Below, piece by piece: positions 33,435 through 64,000 of a DNA stretch of 64,000 nucleotides. The position numbers and the translations under genes were made by a program. Numbering within the stretch: the first letter of the stretch is position 1; each line of letters starts with the position of its first letter. The notes beneath the pieces are model-generated. The model saw only the letters and a list, made by a program, of their open reading frames with translations. It did not search any database and was not told where the DNA came from. This stretch comes from Amoebidium appalachense (taxonomy: Eukaryota > Protista > Ichthyosporea): positions 3,904,159 through 3,968,158 of the forward strand of contig CAVNZM010000010.1 of the NCBI GenBank assembly GCA_963693365.1, given 5' to 3'.

Positions 33435-33872
33435 TTCTGCTTCGGTTTACGCAACGGTCGATGATGGAATGTGTGTAAGGCGACGTGGGGAAAACCAGCC
33501 GTGCGGCCTCAATTTAACAGTGCCAAAGAGAATCGGTTGTACTATAAGCTTCTATGAGTTGTTACTTCAGAGTGTCCCAAGGACTATTCAATGTGCGTGT
33601 GACTATTCAATTTGCGTGTATACAGGTGCACATGTAAGTGCAAGACTCGCCTAGCTGCGTGGATGATTGATGGCACGCTGGCAAGCTGGTATAAACAAAC
33701 TAATCCTACTGTAGCAAGGAGTTTGGCCTAACCCGATGAATTGCTAGTACATGTGCTATAAGGGCATGCATATAATGGTGTATTTACTACTATTAGCTAT
33801 GTGTAAGGGCGGCCCGTGCCTACATAGGCTCACATATTGTGCAAAATGTCGCCGGTCGCGGCAACTTGCCTG

Positions 33873-33955
33873 AGTCGTGCCACGGCCAGCCACGGCCCTT
33901 TGAACAGAACACAGTCGTGCCACGGTGCCAGGCTGGCAGCACGGTGCCGCACGGC
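33873..33955. repeat. Cluster of short GTCGTGCCACGG/GCACGG motifs upstream of the App1-like gene
   Basis: AGTCGTGCCACGG at 33873 and 33912 plus three further CACGG variants; could be transposon subterminal repeats or binding sites. Confidence 0.4.
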
Positions 33956-34949
33956 AAAATAATCTTGGCAATGTTTTAGCCATATATGGCTATAGATAAA
34001 ATTTCACCAATAAGAACCCGCTAACCATGCGATGATCCTATTGGCCGCAAGTGCACCACTACCACTGTTCAACGGTTCGAAAAAGCCCTGCATGCACATG
34101 TATTTACGTATGTCAAGGTGCTCGCACGACTGCTTGCACGAATATGCTTTTTATGGAAAGAGGCTCTTCTTACCCCACTCAGCGCTCCCTCACAAGGTGA
34201 ATGGAACGCCAGCCAGCGTCTGAGGCACATAAGACAACTTTTTGGGGCGAGTCGGCAGCAGCTGCTGAAGTGTTACAAAATCACATGATTTATTTTCGTT
34301 CTTCACAATAAACTAAATGTGTTACACTTCATTCGTACATGAACTATGTAGCTATCTACCGACGATATTTGGCGTTTGTGAGTCCACTGAACGTTTCAAC
34401 TGATCTTAGCTCTTCATTCTTATCTTTCCTCCACAAAAAAGCAAACCACAAAAGCCGTTCTATCCTAAAAGAATTTGACACTGTAGTGGGTTAAATAAAA
34501 CAAAAACAATGGGCTCACAAAACAAAAACAATAAATGCCCGGCGTCTACAATAAAATGGAAGACCACCTTTCTTTTGAACTACATACATACAAATGAACG
34601 GAAGAAGAAGGTGGAACGAACTAACTTTGACAAAAAAAGGTCGAAAAGGGGGCGCCTGCCAACAGTTACTACCAATGCATCATAACAATACAATTATCTT
34701 TTAAAGTGGGCCAACCAAAAGGTCTTCGTAATCTCACGCAACCTGTTGATACCAACTAGCAAAGGCTTCAGAAGAAGAACACATGCAAGTCATTCAAAAG
34801 ACACACCAACTGATTTCCGGATCCTTCATAAAGAAAAAAATTAGTCGACCTACACACGAGTCATCCAGGGTTATTAATCTTCGACCAAGGTCACCGGTAG
34901 CAGCACCACTGCACAAAAACGGTTGTTCTCCAGTCTCTATATAGAGATA

Positions 34950-35156
34950 CCGTCTGCGAACAAGAACACCCGCCAATAAGATTTCGCCGCCGGCAAAATC
35001 GGTTTTTTTTTTAGATTCTGCCCCCCGGCAAGTTTTTGGGGTGATCTTATTGGCGGACGGATGAATAGATCATACTGGATGGTAAGATTCTGACCCCGAC
35101 CGTCCAAAAAATTTAAGAATCCGGCCCCGGCCACATTTTGGGGGGTTCTTAGACGG
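34950..35156. mobile_element. 207-bp Tc1/mariner/pogo-type MITE
   Basis: TA|CCGTCTGCGAAC...GTTCTTAGACGG|TA termini; internal perfect 13-bp inverted repeat CCGCCAATAAGAT (34970-82 and 35044-56); repeated AAGATTC..CCCC motifs. Confidence 0.65.
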
Positions 35157-35200
35157 TATCTGTAGATATGGCAACTGGGATCGAACCGTGATTGGTCCCA

Positions 35201-48180
<12,980 letters not shown>

Positions 48181-49435
48181 GGCGCTACTATGTATGTCGG
48201 AGCTCTCTAAATCATAACTAATGTATTTCTTCAAAGGATGTTATAACAAGGAAGAACGCAGAGAAGGGAGGGAGAAACCCCCAAAAGATTTTACGTTTCT
48301 GCCCTTCTGTGACCCCTGACAGCAAACCTGCCGCCCTGTAACGCCTGAGCTTTAGCCTCTAACTACAGGGCTTTACCACAAAACCCCTGCACTATACACA
48401 CACTTTCCAAAAACCGAAGGTTACACTTAGGCAAATAAAAGTGGGGAGTGTATAGAGACGGTAAACGGAGAGCATAACACACGCTTCATATGCCAGGATA
48501 CAAGAAACGAAAACTGTCACACACCATCAAGTGGTGAGACACGGCACAGCGACGACCCAGTGAGTGGATGCGCGCCTGATTGCGAGCATGACCTGAAACG
48601 AATCAAATGAGAGCAGATTATTTGCGCAACTATAATTGGTTAAATACAATCCCTCCAAACTCATTGTCAGATGTTGTCTACAAGTTCATTGACAGCTATT
48701 TTCACTTGCAATGTAAAACACCGAGGCCCTTGATCGAATTCAAAATGTATTAACTTTTGTCTTGATATAATTATTTAGATACTAATTGACGGCTACCTGG
48801 ATTGTCTAGCAAGAGTGCATGGCTACAAGTGTTTGTTTAGGGAGACTTGAATTTATCCACGCCAGCTCAAATTTGAGATAGATCTAGGAAAGGCACTTGC
48901 GGGTCACAGTGGTGTAACTGGGACTGTGGTGAAAGCCTGATACCGAGGCATGTGGATGCGGATAAAAAGTTACGTTTTTACCCTTTGGTTTGTCTGTATA
49001 CGGTACAGTAGGCCTACTCCTTTTAGCACTGTAGGTACAAGGAGAAGCATTATCGTTACGGCACGTCGTTTCCACCAGATATTGCTATCTACAATTTCTA
49101 ATTTACATCTCGTGATATATTCCGCCAATTTTTCTCAGTTGGCGCGCGCCAGGCCAGTTGCAAGAGAGCGAGTTTTAAAGTTAGCGAGAGAGAGCGAGAG
49201 AGCGACAGAGAGGGAGAGAGAGAGTGAGTAGGGAGAGAGAGGGAGAGGGAGGGAGGAGTTTTTAAAACGCGTCATATGTAATCCCAAACAAAGTCAACTT
49301 GCATAGTTCGTAATAACGCTAGATACGTTAATAGTGTAGGCCCAGTACGGCATAGCCACCCAACCTGATTGCCGCCGCGTTTTTCAGCCCTCACAAAGAG
49401 ACCTCTCACACACTGTAGCAGGCACAAAGGAAAGC
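48181..49435. promoter_or_regulatory. Divergent (probably bidirectional) promoter region between the myosin-tail gene and the INTS5-like gene
   Basis: 1.25 kb, almost free of homopolymer and CA tracts, between head-to-head ATGs at 48180 (-) and 49436 (+); includes the E2F-like TTGGCGCGCG at 49139. Confidence 0.55.

Positions 49436-64000
<14,565 letters not shown>

Overview
Intron-rich eukaryotic genomic DNA. Introns are GT-AG with CTAAC-like branch points and are packed with poly-C/poly-G, (CA)n, (CT)n and (CCCT)n tracts, so almost all of the supplied ORF track is simple-repeat noise. An INTS5-like gene and a myosin-V-like tail suggest an opisthokont, possibly a unicellular holozoan; this is an inference. 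Manual splicing recovered seven genes: (1) the 3' part of a cyclic-nucleotide-binding-domain protein with a long P/G/H/Y-rich tail (+); (2) a DUF4436-like membrane protein (-); (3) a candidate D-box protein (+, weak); (4) an intronless protein with a ~16-aa Trp repeat behind a CCAAT array (+); (5) a complete 11-exon App1/DUF2183 phosphatase with a signal peptide (-); (6) a complete 15-exon, ~620-aa protein made of a class V myosin tail with no motor domain (-); (7) a divergently transcribed INTS5-like gene running off the window (+). There is also a decayed non-LTR reverse transcriptase with two nested insertions, a TA-flanked MITE and two ~49-bp intronic minisatellites. The three most unusual observations are the apparently headless myosin V, a family of 9 short intronic elements (GATGGGCTCTG head) that are all sense to their host gene, and degenerate 'echo' copies of exon ends left in neighbouring introns of three genes. 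All protein-family calls rest on motifs recognised from memory, not database searches.
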